Under the pieces are notes generated by a model, which searched no databases, was not told the origin of the DNA, and was given only the letters and a program-made list of their open reading frames with translations. A stretch of DNA of 64,000 nucleotides from Takakia lepidozioides (Eukaryota > Plantae > Bryophyta). A program made the position numbers and the translations under genes. Of this stretch, positions 1-12,977 are shown piece after piece. The stretch lies in the NCBI GenBank assembly GCA_030704615.1, contig CM060731.1:18786001-18850000 (forward strand), in the 5' to 3' direction. The first letter of the stretch is position 1. Every line of letters starts with the position of its first letter.

Positions 1-691
1 GTTTTCTGTTAAGGTCTTACATGATCTCATAGGTGAAAAGCACAAAAAGTTATTATATTTACCCATTTTCCTGCGCCATGAAGAGTGCTTCTACCTTAGG
101 TTATGGTTACGGAGATGGAAGTGCGTGCCTTGAATGTTGCAAAATATAGTAGGGCATCAGGAGTGTGGGAAGGCGCTGCGAGAGCAGGAAAAGGAGGAAA
201 TAACTCTATCATGACATCACCCTTGTACCTTGCTGGATCTTAGCTATCAATGCATAGTGTTCAAACTCGGTCCACCAAACAAGGATGGGCTACTATGGGG
301 AAGTGTGACCGCTTGCCTTGCAGCGTAGACGCAGTTCCCGACACGTGTCTTGCCAACGGAGGCAAATGTCATGTGTGGCCGGGCTATGAGGGCCATGGTC
401 CCTCTTCATAAAAAAATAAAAAATAAAAAATGGTATAGTGCTGGCAAAAGAAGGTTGCAATCGTTTGCTTCGTTGTTGCAATTCCAACAATTTTACATTC
501 TTTTCCTAACGTGAGCATATATATATTTATATTTAAATATCCTTAAAAATATGTGGAATATACAGCATCAACATATGACCAAGTGGTTAGTAGGGGAAGC
601 CGCCTTGGAAATTGTTGGGTTAGGCAATTGCGTTGCTCCTCCGGCCTTTTGAAGGTGCCCCCACCTTTCAAATGGAAGACAATAGTTCTTC

Positions 692-880
692 GGGATGAAA
701 TGACACCATAAGTTACGCTTGCTTGCTTCGGCAAGAGTATTCCTTCCTTTTGTGAAATATCTTTTTGCTTTGGGCTTTAGAAGGTGTCAAATGTCCTAGC
801 CTTGGGGATGAAGTGACGCCAGCAGTTACACTTGCTTTGGCAAGAGTATTTCCTCCTTTTGTGGAAAATCTATTTTTGCC
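692..880. repeat. Imperfect direct repeat, ~77-bp unit, ~113-bp period
   Basis: gggatgaa.tgac.cca..agttac.cttgct...ggcaagagtatt.c.tccttttgtg.aa...ctttttgc occurs at 692-768 and 805-880. Confidence 0.6.
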
Positions 881-1346
881 ATACATAGCAACGACTACGC
901 GAGCATGTCGTAACTTACCTCCTTCACAACGAAATGAAAGAGAAAGAGCCAGACATGACTTTGGCCCCCCCCCCCGGGAACTTAGAGCCACTTCACGCGG
1001 TTACTGCCCCTTCCGGGGGTGGACCCTATAGTTAGATGAAGTGACCTCTACGCACACCTCTGTCTCTGCCCTGCATTGCATTTTCTTCCGACCTTGTAAC
1101 ACCCCAAATTGTGAGCTGCACCTTGAGAGGAAGGGCGAATTCCATTATGCTCAAAACACGTCAATGAAATGACACTATAATTTACACTTCTTTTGAGAAG
1201 AATCATTCTTGGTGAACTTGGTTATACGTATCGGCGAATGAAAATTCTTTGGATAACTTTTCACATAATGAAAAAATCAGGACCTAATTAGTAGAAAATG
1301 TTTTGAAATATAGTGTACCCTTATTGGGCCTGCCACGGGTTCGAAC

Positions 1347-1595
1347 CAGTGTTGGGCGGTTATTTGATTTCTTTCATAATCTCCGGTTCGGGTTTTTACA
1401 AAATATTAGGATCACATAACCTCTGGTTCCGGTTTTTTCATATATTTTTGATGGAAAGAACCACCGGTTCCAGTTAACTGTAAGAACCTCAAAGAACCTG
1501 CGGTTTTCATCAAATAAGGTTATGAGCCTTTGCCGGTTCTTTGTGTTTTTTGAGAACCACGGTTGTATATCCACATAACCTTCTTGATAACCTCC
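1347..1595. mobile_element. Possible truncated hAT-derived MITE
   Basis: Starts CAGTGTTGGGCGGTT (hAT-like terminus), followed by many CCGGTT/AACC.GGTT motifs. No matching right TIR or TSD found. Confidence 0.3.
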
Positions 1596-1844
1596 AGGGG
1601 TTTGTAGCCGAGGACAGGAAGGCGTGAGTTGAAAGCGGGATAATATCTGCCTACCTACCCTCCTACCTTTCTGCCTATCTACGTACCTACCTACCTAGGC
1701 ATCAAGTGCGTTGGTCGGCAAGACACGTAGAGGAGTGTAGGCGCTCTGTGAACGTACGCACAGCGCAGCGCAGGAGCCTTGCGTGAATGTAAGGGAGTGT
1801 TTGTTGACGATCTAATTGCTGGTTGAAGGAAATTGCAGCGAGCC

Positions 1845-4733
1845 ATGGCGACTTGCTTCACCTGTATAGAGCAATCCAACGTGGGCATAGTGGAGAAATG
1901 GGGCCGCTTTTCTCATGTGGCGCAGCCTGGCTTGCATTGCTTGAATCCCTTTTTGGGAGAGTGGTTGGCTGGCAAGCTGTCGTTGCGCGTCCGGTATGTG
2001 GATGTGCGCTGTGAAACTAAGACCAAGGTAATCCTCAGATGTGCCTCGTTTTGTGAATGGTGACCTCACTCTTGCTGCAGTGATTGTAGAGTGTGTTTGT
2101 CGGTGTCAACTTTGCACTTGGTTCCAGGTAAAAGGATGTTGGATGAGTTAAGTTTTTTCAGTGGCTTCGGAGGATAAAACTTCAAGTTGCGCCAGATTGT
2201 GCACAGCTTGTATCGAATTTTCACCTAATCTTCGACCATGGTTGATCCAATTCGAATACATCTCAAAGACCTCTCCTCCCTTGGCAGTGTCTTAGCAATC
2301 GTAAGGGCGTTGTAAATCTCGCATCGGAATAACAGATTAGATGGTATGGACACGCGAAGAATTCGAGTGAGTGAGTTAGTGAGTGTTCGTTGCTGGATCG
2401 TGCATATAAACTTATAGCTGGAGAGTCTGAGAAGTACAGTTTTTTCCTGTAAACTATCTGCTAGGGTTTCACTTACATGTTTGATGGTTGAAGATCTGAT
2501 GCTTCTCTGATATATATGCATTCGTATTGCACCCCAATTCATTACATCAAAGTACGTGGTTCATAGAATCTTCTGTTACCATCACCAATTCTTTCTGCAC
2601 AGCCCTTGAGCATAGGCAGGTTCTGGGGATGCTGATCAGAACTTGATTTCACGAAGTCTTATTGAACCTCACCATCAGATATGATCGAATGTTTAGGTCT
2701 TCCTACTTCCAGGGATCTTTTGCACACAAGTATAGAGTCCACATAGAATCCACTGTGCTCTGTGATTTTCTGTTGCTAGTCCATTTGAGTTAATGCCTAC
2801 TCAAGCTATACTGGAATGGAAAAGTGAATATTTAGTGCATATGTATAGCTAATTGGATCCTGTCTTCATCTTCTGCATTTCAAGAAAGTTTGACCTTGGT
2901 GCTAGTGATCTCAAAAGAAATAATCCGGGGTGATCACTGGGCAGGACAATGTCTTTGTGACGGTGGTGTGCTCAATCCAGTACCGTGTGGTGCGTCAGAA
3001 TGCTGATGATGCATTCTATGAGCTTCAGAACCCAAAGGAGCAGATTCAGTCTTATGTCTTTGATGGTAATTAAACTTCATGTCATCTTTTCATGTTGTTG
3101 AATTCCATTTCTAGCAGTGTTTGGTAGTACCAGAAGTTTTTGTTTGTGTCAGCTACCTGTCCCTCTATGCAGACTAGTAAGTGTAGGTTGGACTGCACTA
3201 ATTGGAAATAATGGGATTTTGGGACATTCATGTGAAATTAAATCTGTGTGGATGTGCAGTGGTGCGGGCATGTGTCCCTAGAATGATATTGGATGAAGTG
3301 TTTGAGCAGAAGAATGATGTTGCCCGAGCAGTTTCCAATGAACTTGAGAAGGTGACCTCCTCTCCTTGGAATATTCTAGGGGGCACGTTATGAACTAGGT
3401 AGAAGGTGAGACGAGCCCTGCTACTGTGCATAGCAGGGCGACCAAAATATGCCGAGCAGCAGCAGGGCTCTTCAAACCTGCTGCTGGACATAGTTGTCAG
3501 GGAGACCTGGCGAGCCATTAGATCTGACCTACTTACTACAGGTGGGATCTCAGCCGTTAAGAAGAAGGCGGGTGAATATGAGTAGGTAGGTAGTAAACAA
3601 CAAGAAGGCAGGTGCATATCAAGAATAACAGGTCTGCTCGTCCAATGACAGTGCCACATCGGCGAGCAACGTCGATTATGTGGGTTGGTCCAAACTTTGA
3701 TGTGCTTTTTGTCTCTTGCACAATGTGTCGCTGGGGATCGTTATTTGGACAATTGTAGTACTCTCAATAAGCACCAAAACTGTAACAGGCCTAATGTGCA
3801 ACCCACCTGGTCACTGCAGTCAGGTTTCTGGGTTAGTAAAAAGTACCAGATCTTTGAGTTGGATCCCCTGTCTCTCTTTGCAAATGTGGTTTGCACGAAT
3901 ATTATGCCGACACACCCTTGACCCAGCCATTCTGGTGGCCTCATCTTTGCGATGTACTTAAGTTGTGGTATGGGACCCATCTCAATCTTGCACAGCTCTA
4001 GCTTGTTAACCCATTTTTTTTTACATAAGGCTGTTTGTTTTGTTGGTCAGGTGATGGGGGCATATGGATTCAGCATCGAGCAAACTCTTATAGTCGATGT
4101 GGAGCCTGACAGCATGGTGCGCCGGGCTATGAATGAAATCAACGCTGGTGAGTTCCTGGTCCCTCTTTTCCTTTCTACATGTCATGGATACAAAACAGCA
4201 GCCTGGATGTATTTACTACACATGTGCTTTCTTTCTCTCACAGACCATTCCTTTCTTCTTTGCATACCAAGTGCAGGGTACTTGGCCCACCGCCATGCAG
4301 GGAAACAGAGATGGTTTTCATCCTTCAGCCACAATGTCTGACAATTGAGCTGTGGTCTTATTACTGTCCAGCTCAACGTATGCGGATAGCAGCAGTCGAC
4401 AAAGCCGAGGCTGAGAAGATCTTGCAGGTCAAGAGAGCAGAGGGAGAGGCCGAAGCGAAATATCTCTCAGGAGTAGGCATTGCTAGGCAGCGCCAGGCAA
4501 TCACAGATGGGCTTCGGGAGAGCGTGTTAGCTTTTTCTGACAATGTACCTGGGACATCAGCTAAAGACGTGATGGATATGGTCATGGTGACCCAGTACTT
4601 CGACACCATGAAGGAGATTGGAAACAACTCCAAGAGTAGCACTGTTTTCATCCCGCATGGCCCTGGCCATGTGGGGGACATTGCGAATCAAATTCGGAAT
4701 GGACTTTTGCAAGGCAATGCAGGGACTTCTTAG
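1845..4733 (+). CDS. HIR: Hypersensitive-induced response protein (SPFH/band-7), HIR4-like, 284 aa
   Basis: Five phase-consistent GT-AG exons: 1845-2027, 2945-3065, 3260-3351, 4051-4147, 4372-4733. Motifs [83 protein letters not shown]. Confidence 0.95.
3395..3675 (-). mobile_element. Possible short non-autonomous Helitron in HIR intron 3
   Basis: On the minus strand, a 9-bp-stem hairpin (3415-3439, GCCCTGCTA-7nt-TAGCAGGGC) is followed by 16 nt and then CTAG|T (3398-3395). The A|TC 5' end at 3675 is only a candidate. Confidence 0.35.
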
Positions 4734-6122
4734 CTTTCAATAGCAGAGAATGCAGGATTAAGGTTGTCCTATTCTGGTCATGATATAGGGTCAAGTTTAC
4801 GTTATCCGTTTCTAGACAGGTAATTTCTTTGGGCACTCCTTCACCCAGCTACAAAAAGTTCAGCAAATCAGCAAACACTTGATGAGCTGGGCAGGGCTGT
4901 ACAATCTACTTTGTTATATGAGATCACACCTAGGACTAGGTAATTTGTTTTTGAAGCTCTTGTGTTTACATGCACTCCACTGTTGCTACAATAAAGACTG
5001 AAATGTTGAAGGCAAAGTTGATGTCCTATCAACACCAACACGTCACAGTTTGAAAAGAATCCAACGCATGTGACATTGGAGCGCGGTTGCAAATGTGTGA
5101 AAACTTGTAACATACCATCTAGTGTCTGTGTGATGCATGAGGAGGTTTTGAATGTGCTGGACTTCGTGGTTGTGCTGAACTGAATCCACACGGCTGAGAG
5201 GTCCCTCAAACTTCCTCACCTTGAATCCCATGACCTAGACCTCCAACCTCTACTCACTATTTTCCTAACTGTTCAGTTATCTCCCTCCCCCAGAGGCAGG
5301 TAGCAGGGCTTTGGAATGTTTGTGAGGAATCCCATAGTAATGTGACAAGGATCCAAGTTGAGCTAGGGTTTGCTACATGGGTCACACAAGCAGACAAGCA
5401 ACTTGCCTGCACCATGCTTTGTGGTTTGAATGTTGAGCGGGAAGGCCGGTTGACCAACCACAGTTATGAGTGTATCCAAAGATAGTATGTGGAGGACGTG
5501 TGGAAGACATGAAGAGAGAGAGAGAGAAGAGAGAGATGGAGAGGAGAGGAGAGGAGAGAGATGGAGATTATTACCTGGGCATAAGAATGGTGGAGCGGTT
5601 GGTGAGACAAAGAGCTCCGCATTGGGCAGAGCTTGATGAGCGGGATGGTGAGAATGAGTGGGGAGGTGGCGCGAGGTTACTCTCTTCGTGCATGTTGTGC
5701 AAATTTGTTGAGGGGGTCGCCATCGCCATTTGGGGGAGAGAATCCAAGAACGGTGCGAAGGGGATTGCATGCAAACGGGAGCTGTTTGTTTAATTGTCGT
5801 GGTCGTGGTCTTCTGGTCGATTGGGAAGCACGAGCTTCAAGTGAAGGCGGTTGCTGGTGACAGAAGGATGTTTGACAGGGCCTTGTTGGAAAGAATGACA
5901 ACTGATGTCGAGGTAACGAGATTTTAGACTGCAGGAGCGTGAGGAAGGATCAACCGCAAGATGATATCATGTTCGAGATGCTTGTCATTCATGGAACTTT
6001 GAAGTGGTCTGCTTGAACTGCCTTGTGCAAGAGAATCAGGGATAAGAGAGCTCAGGGAAGGGACTTGTGGGTTGCAAGAAAGCCGCATGCTCTCAATGTT
6101 GGAGGGGAATCCCTGTACGTGA

Positions 6123-7424
6123 ATGTGGGGGGGCATGAAGTATACTAGATCGGAGACGGGATGGCGGTGGATCTCCAGAGAGATGAGGAAGGTTGTCAGG
6201 AGGCTATGGCGGACTGGCAAGCATGCTTATGTCTGGATGGTTGTGCTTTCATTACTCCCATTCCTGTTTCCGGTGCTGGTGGTCTTGCTGTGTGTGGGCA
6301 TTATGTTCATAGTTCCTCTTTGCTGCGGAATTGGGGCGTACGTTCTTTTTAGTGACGGTGTGTTGGCGTGGCACATCAACTTTCGACACACGAGTAGTGG
6401 CAAGCTCTCTCCCTCTCTGCCTCAAGATCCTAATCCATCTTGTGAATCACCGGAACTAAAATTTTCTGAGGAGAAGTTTGTTGTCCATAAAGGAGGAAGT
6501 GACGAAGGCAGGGGTCAGAAAGCCTATGAAGATGAAAGAGGGACGGTAATAAATCCGAAATCACTTCCCGACGATGTTCCTCCCATTGCAGAGAAGGTAT
6601 TCAGCTACAGAGCTGTCGCTGACCCCGATGGACGTTCTGAGAGGGACATTGCAGATAAGGCACTGAGCCTAGCTGATGCCGATGAATGTTCTTATGACAG
6701 CAACGAGGAAATTGGGGAGTTCTCAATCCCCCATGCAGTTTATCATGGCGGTAAAGAACAAAATAAGGAGTTGCTCGAGTCGAAAGCAGTTCCCGACGGA
6801 CTCCCTCGAAAGGCAGAGTTATGGACTTCCTCAGCATCATTAGACAGGGCGCATCTTGAGGAACAAAGCCCTGTACGATCATATGAGATGGCCAGTCCGT
6901 CTTCCAAGTATCTATCACCCCCTTACCAAAGGTTCAGACACTTCGAGATCGGAGGTAGAGGATTCCCTGCCAAAAACAGAATATTTAGTGCTTCACCTAC
7001 GACAGACTACCCTGCTGGTTCAGATTGTATGACACCGCAATCTAAAGGCTCAGATGCTCATGAGTATCATGATTCAGCAGCTTCGGTGTCATCTGATGAG
7101 AGCAAAGATCTGTACATGGGTGAGTTCGAGGAGTTGCTGCACTTTTGGCGTGAGAAAGAAAGGTCCGTGAGTCCATCACCAACGGCCTCACGGTCAGGAA
7201 GTCCGGCTGTACCAGCAGAGGTTGCTGCTCAATTGAGAAAAGAGCTCAATGAGATGAAGCTGATAATAGGGAAGCAATTCTCACCTCATTCCTCAATTTG
7301 GCAGGATGTGCAGGTGCTAAGTGAGAATGTAGGCATGCGCTTACCTTACATGGGAGATGTCTCAGACTTGACAAAAGCAAGGCAGGGACTAGAACTCCTC
7401 AAGGTTGTGGTCGGTATCAGGTGA
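6123..7424 (+). CDS. SLDP (seed lipid droplet protein)-like, 433 aa, single exon
   Basis: N-terminal hydrophobic hairpin GKHAYVWMVVLSLLPFLFPVLVVLLCVGIMFIVP, a long acidic/Ser-rich middle, and a C-terminal LNEMKLIIG..L...VG..P...DL......LELLKVVVGIR* motif. This recalls the Arabidopsis SLDP1/2 architecture (from memory). Confidence 0.6.
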   Translation: MWGGMKYTRSETGWRWISREMRKVVRRLWRTGKHAYVWMVVLSLLPFLFPVLVVLLCVGIMFIVPLCCGIGAYVLFSDGVLAWHINFRHTSSGKLSPSLPQDPNPSCESPELKFSEEKFVVHKGGSDEGRGQKAYEDERGTVINPKSLPDDVPPIAEKVFSYRAVADPDGRSERDIADKALSLADADECSYDSNEEIGEFSIPHAVYHGGKEQNKELLESKAVPDGLPRKAELWTSSASLDRAHLEEQSPVRSYEMASPSSKYLSPPYQRFRHFEIGGRGFPAKNRIFSASPTTDYPAGSDCMTPQSKGSDAHEYHDSAASVSSDESKDLYMGEFEELLHFWREKERSVSPSPTASRSGSPAVPAEVAAQLRKELNEMKLIIGKQFSPHSSIWQDVQVLSENVGMRLPYMGDVSDLTKARQGLELLKVVVGIR

Positions 7425-9323
7425 GAGAAAGAGGAGGAGGAAGTTCAACTTCTGAGTGTCACCAGAGATGTCCCAAAGCTTCCATTCAAAAAGCCAACTT
7501 AGAGGAGATGTGCCAAGGTGAGGATTTTAGCATGTACATAAGCCAATGGTAAGGAAAAGGCTAACTTAAGTTAGGCTAAATCTCCCTAGGAAGTACAAAC
7601 AAGAACATACGCAAATGATCTGAATCAGGCTTTTTGCATCTTTTTGAAATCTGCCTCATTTGAAACTGCCCATAAGAAAATACTTGGATGTCTTTGTTCC
7701 TACTCTTTTCCAGTAAGGTGACAATCAATGATATTCTGCAGAGTTAGACTACAGAGTGGGATCATTCTTTGCACACAGCAAATTCAAAAGTGCAGAGACA
7801 GCAACAGACTGAACCTGTTACCCATAACCTTCAAGAGCAGCAGCCATAAAAAATTGGCTACTTGGTGATTACCAGCAGCTATCCTAGGGTGAGATTTTCC
7901 TCTATTGAATCCAAGCAGATGGTGGCAAACCGGGGTGATATTAGGTCTTCTCCTTGCTTAGATGGGGTTTTCACAATATGTGAGCTATACTTGAGCTATG
8001 AGCATTCGGGTGTGCATATGCTTTCAAGTTTTACAGCTTTGGATAACAGTCCAAACCTCTGGAACTACCTGTAGTAGTAAAGATAGCTGTGGTTTCTTGA
8101 AGGATAACCTCACAGAGACAGTTGGTGTCACCTTTAAGAGTGTTTGATATGTGTGGGTGCCTCTCTCTCCTCCATACAGAATCCCACAATTTCAACCCCA
8201 CTGCACTTTGTTGGTTTTTCTCAAGTGATGAGAATAGTCCAAATCATCCCTTCCTCTCTCATTCAACCAAACACATGCATGCCTCAGCTCCTCCTTGAGG
8301 ACTTAGCATCTTGCTCGCTTCCCAATCTCTTTTTATCTCTTGCTCTCTCTGTTCTGTACCAACAAAGTGCACTCACCCTTGGTAACTTGACTTTCAGCTG
8401 TGGCATTGTCCCAATTGCAATCGGCCTTTCAAGCTCTGCTTTTAAATTTCATCACTTTGTGTCTGAAGTATCTCTTAGGATGCATAGTTCAAGCTCCCCA
8501 CGCTTCAACCTGTGGTTGAGTCCACAGTGAGAGGGCATGATTGTAAGGGGTCCATTGAAGAGTAGGACTTCTGGGGTCATCATGCAGTACTTTTCCTGGG
8601 CAGCGTGACTGGAAACGGCCCAGAGTAGCCATGTGATGGCGTATGTGTCCTCAAACAACAGAAATGGTCTCTGAAGGCTTCATAGCCAGCAGGGCATCCT
8701 GCCCCAAAGTGCAGTATTTTTCCAATATTTGCAAGTCACATGTCTCCCGGTTCTGCCACTCTGACCCAAGCCTGGCACTTTCACCCACCTTAAGGCTTTT
8801 CACTTGGGATGCCGAGGAAGAAGCCAATCTCACAGAATTTACTTTGAATTCACATCTCAGCATTTCAACGCAGGCGTAACATACCTTGCTCATTTGTCCT
8901 TCAGTATGTGCTGGTCCAAACTCAAGCTGCTTTCTTTGCATACCATTGGGCCTTTCCTCAGAGACTCCAACCCTAAGTAGGGCAGAGAGGGAGAGAAGCA
9001 TGAAGAGAAGAGGAGGTCCATTAGGTTGTGGGGGAGGGGCCAAGAAGGTACCCCACAGCCATTGATCCATATATGTATATCTCTCCGATCACAAGCAAAC
9101 ACAAACCATCTCATTCAATAACAGCGTCTCACAGTAATGTGTCCACATTCAAGCCCCTCGTTCTACATAGAAAAGATAAGAAGAACTGGGAGCTCAATGT
9201 GTGTTTCTAATCATTGGAGATATCAATAGAAGCCCAGGTCCGGCATTAACAGCTCACACTAAAGACCTAGATCGGAGAAGTAGAGGGAGAGATGATACTG
9301 AGCAACTCCCTGGGAACTAATTT

Positions 9324-10974
9324 TTACTTGGAGTAGGTGCGTGCGATCTCCAGGAGATGTTTGTGAAGTTTTTCTGGTGCTGAGAAGAAAGGGCTGTGGT
9401 CGGAGTTTATGACACGAATCTCTCCGGGTAGATTGTTGGGATCGGACAAGAATGCCTCAACCTGTGCTTCAGCAGGAAGAACTCTGTCTTCTAATGTCTT
9501 GATGTACACTGATGGAACCGTTCCGTGCTTCTGAGCTGTATATGAAATAGCAGCTCGGTCTAGTGCGAGAAGAGGAATGGCCTTGATCAACAGCGATGCC
9601 AAGATAACATCCTGTATGTACAAAAGTTTATCGTTAGGTTCACAGAGGTGCGATCACGATCAAAACAACAGCCAAAATTACTTTCTGTTCTATCATCTAT
9701 GGATATATGAAGCTTGGGTCTCGTCAATCGGGCCGAGAGGGATCATCAAATGCTGCAAATGTTCAAATAGTACATCCGGTAGAGGATTAAATGCGGGAAT
9801 ATTAGGGTACCTCTGGTGGACACAGGTGATAGAACACTTCCGCTTGCACCTCGTCGGTCACAAACAATGATGTTGGCTCATGATCATCTCCATTGCCATA
9901 TATGTACTCGATATGGTCGCCCACCTCAGGATCTAGTTCAAAGAGCTGCAGCCCACTGACTTTTTGGTTAGGTGCACACAATGAAAGCCGACCGAGTGTA
10001 CGCCCTACCGTACCTGTACATATAATCCTTACACTTCTGAGGCCTACCCTTCGCCAACTTCAAGAATGTGGACTGGCTCATTATTCCACAGTCCTGGTCT
10101 AAGTCCAGGACCTTACCATTTCTTTTATACACAATTCACGCATGCTAGATCTTGCGGCCTGCAGAGAGTATCGGAGAGTGGTACGAGGAGTGGAAATACA
10201 ACCCAAAACGTCGACATACCTCTAGATCCAGTTGGAACCCACTAGGCAACATCATAGCCGCCAGGAAGACGGCAGCCGTTATCTTTCCAGCGAAATGCTC
10301 CATGGCATGTGTCACACTTAGGCCTCCCAAATCGTGGCCCACCAGCACCACCTGAATCCATACACTCACATTGATAAACTCCCTAAGAAACCGTCTGCCC
10401 TGTGCGGCCAGAACATCCTACAATGGTGGGAAGATATGATGTATTTTATCTCACTTATTAAATTACTAACCACCGTCACAGTTCATGTAGATCCCTTGTT
10501 CCAAGTTATACATGTGGTGGAGTAGAGTGCTTGATATGACTAATTCTTATGTACAAACCAGGATGTTTAGTCCAGCCCTGCACATGGCATTGTACTTGAA
10601 TCTTCAAGGACTCCACTTGTCTTCGTGGGTACATGCAAGGTGCATATGCAGGTTCCCTGATTTTGCAGGAAGGGATTATCGTGACATTCTTTGAGTTCAA
10701 AGACATTCTGCGATTCGGTACATTCATATATTCGTACATGGTCAGTTCTCACCTTCTCACTGTCGGGGAGAGAGGTTAGTAGGTCAACAAGTGGTTGATT
10801 GTACTCAGAAAAGGAAGTGACGAAGTTGGGGTCAGCACAATGTCTGCCGCAGCTAGCCAAGTCCACAGCCGTTGCCTTGTGCCCCGCACGCCGCAGTAGT
10901 TCTACTGTTTTGTACCAACACCATGCCCCATGACCCCCTCCATGAACCAGCACAAAATGGTGTGATTTCCCCAT
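9324..10974 (-). CDS. MES: Methylesterase (SABP2/MES alpha-beta hydrolase), 258 aa, Asp in place of the catalytic Ser
   Basis: Four phase-0 exons: 10974-10753, 10351-10220, 9945-9811, 9611-9324. Motifs HFVLVHGGGHGAWCWYK, GHDLGG, EDRVLP, SDHSPFFS. Confidence 0.93.
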
Positions 10975-12977
10975 TGGTGCTGAGCAGCGTGTATAGCCGG
11001 TCGATTGGAGCTCTGATCCACATAGAGGAGGGAAACTGTGAGAAACGGACATGCACCAGTTGGACATGTTCAGCTACACTCAGATGAGTTGCTCCGTCTT
11101 GGAGGTCGTTAGTACTACTTAGGGAGATGACGAGCCATCATGGAAGTTGGACCGGCATTCTTCGTCCAGAATGAATCTTTGCACTTGCACTCAGGATCTC
11201 TAGCTGGGAAGTGTACTGTGCATCCACATAACTATCAATGCTTGACTTACAGATCAATCACACTTGGACTGTACCATGTTGTGTTTAAAACAGAACTTCT
11301 TGCAAAATATATAAATTCACGTAAACGTCCGATCCTTCTAATGCAAACCTACGCCAGAGAGAGGGGAGAGAGTGTGAGAGAGAGAAATCACTGGTCCCGA
11401 GTCTAATTACTTATTTATGTCTGGAGCACCTTTGCAGAAAACCCGTGACCAGCTCCACTGAGCGCCCAAAACGACCTGTAGTCCAACTGAAATTCCAGGG
11501 GAAGCGAGTGAGCATATTGGAGCTCTAGAGAGATGAGGAGAGAGAGGGTCTGAGAGAGCGAAGTTGAACAAGTTTATTAGGAGGGCAGAGGCAAGGCACA
11601 GTGCACATAGGAGCCGATACCATGCAGACCAGATTCTCATGAGCTTCACTTCCACAAAAGTTTGGAGATTCTGATTAACTAGTAAATTGGGTGATTCAAA
11701 CTCTCTTTGTTCTCAATACTGCAGCATAAAGAACTTGATCTCACTACAAACTTGTGATTAGCTACATAAACAGTATACTCCATTCTCAAGCTTGACAGAT
11801 AGGCCAGTCCGCACTCTGGCCACACACAAGAGGTGGTCTGGACTTGTAAATGTGAACTTGACCCAGTCCACTTTCACTTTCAAGAAGACCTCTTCAAAAA
11901 CCCCCACAATAATATCATATATTCCAACTAAATCCATCCCTCATGTCCTTAGTGTATCCGTGTGGTTGTCTCTCCCTCTATCTCCTTCTTTGTTTATAAA
12001 GGGAAACACTACCTATATGACTCTGTCAAATCAAATCATTCGCTTACCATTCAAACAACCCACACATGTGAAGTCAGTTGGGTATAGAAGGTAGATCTTC
12101 TCAACATACACATATATATCTTCTCATTGCCTCACCAAAAAGGCAGTACACCAACTCAATCTGGGTCCTACCTCCTGAAGATGCATCATAATCAAACTAA
12201 AAAAGACGCCATTGGGCCATTGGTGGTAGAGACAAAGCAAACAATTCCTTCGACATTCTAGACTAGAACCATTATTTTTTGGTTTCCAAGGAAACAGTAG
12301 CCCCAACTTTTTATAATTCAGAAACTAAAACAGTAACACTGATCTAAGGATCTAAGTTTCCTGAAAGCTTACTTAACAGACAGTTTATCCAAAGCATAAG
12401 AGCTTGGGTGGCTTCTTATGTCAATATTGAGGAGGATTATCTGGCAGAATTAGAGCTTCCTGGCAGTGGCCAAAAAGGCCATGTCAGTAGTCAGTACTGC
12501 ACTCCCCAGCAAGGACCCGTTCCATACTACATATTCACCCAACTCTGAATCGGCCAAAAAAAAGGACCCACAGACCATCATTCTTCTTCAGGTCTTCTTC
12601 TTCATGGATGATATGATACCAGTTCGTACTTGACTCGGTCTGGAATTCTAGTCTGGAAGGGAGATGGTGGTATTGTCGGAGGCCCCACTGCACCGTCCCA
12701 CGTGAGTCCCTCTGCACCCAGTGTAGTGTGTAGATAGTGGGCCAGCAGCCTGAACCTTACCTCACCTCACCTCACCTCTTCACATTTTGCCTGGAAAAGT
12801 TAAAGATGAACAACAGCTGGAATGGGTGTCTCCTCCACCTCGAGAGGACGACCGCCTACTGTTTGTGAGCTGGGCTTTTTTCGGGTGGGCCACGGTAACA
12901 ACAGTTACTAACCCCATTTGAGACCCATTTGGGTGTTTTTGCATGCCACAGTTCGGACATGATCCTTTCATGGTTCC

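Noticed and set aside
5470-5927. Upstream ORFs as a first exon of the 433-aa gene
   Set aside because: There is an in-frame TGA immediately before 6123, and I found no phase-compatible acceptor. The ORFs overlap GA-rich low-complexity sequence.
8144-9210. Several 60-140 aa ORFs
   Set aside because: No recognisable motifs and no coherent exon chain.
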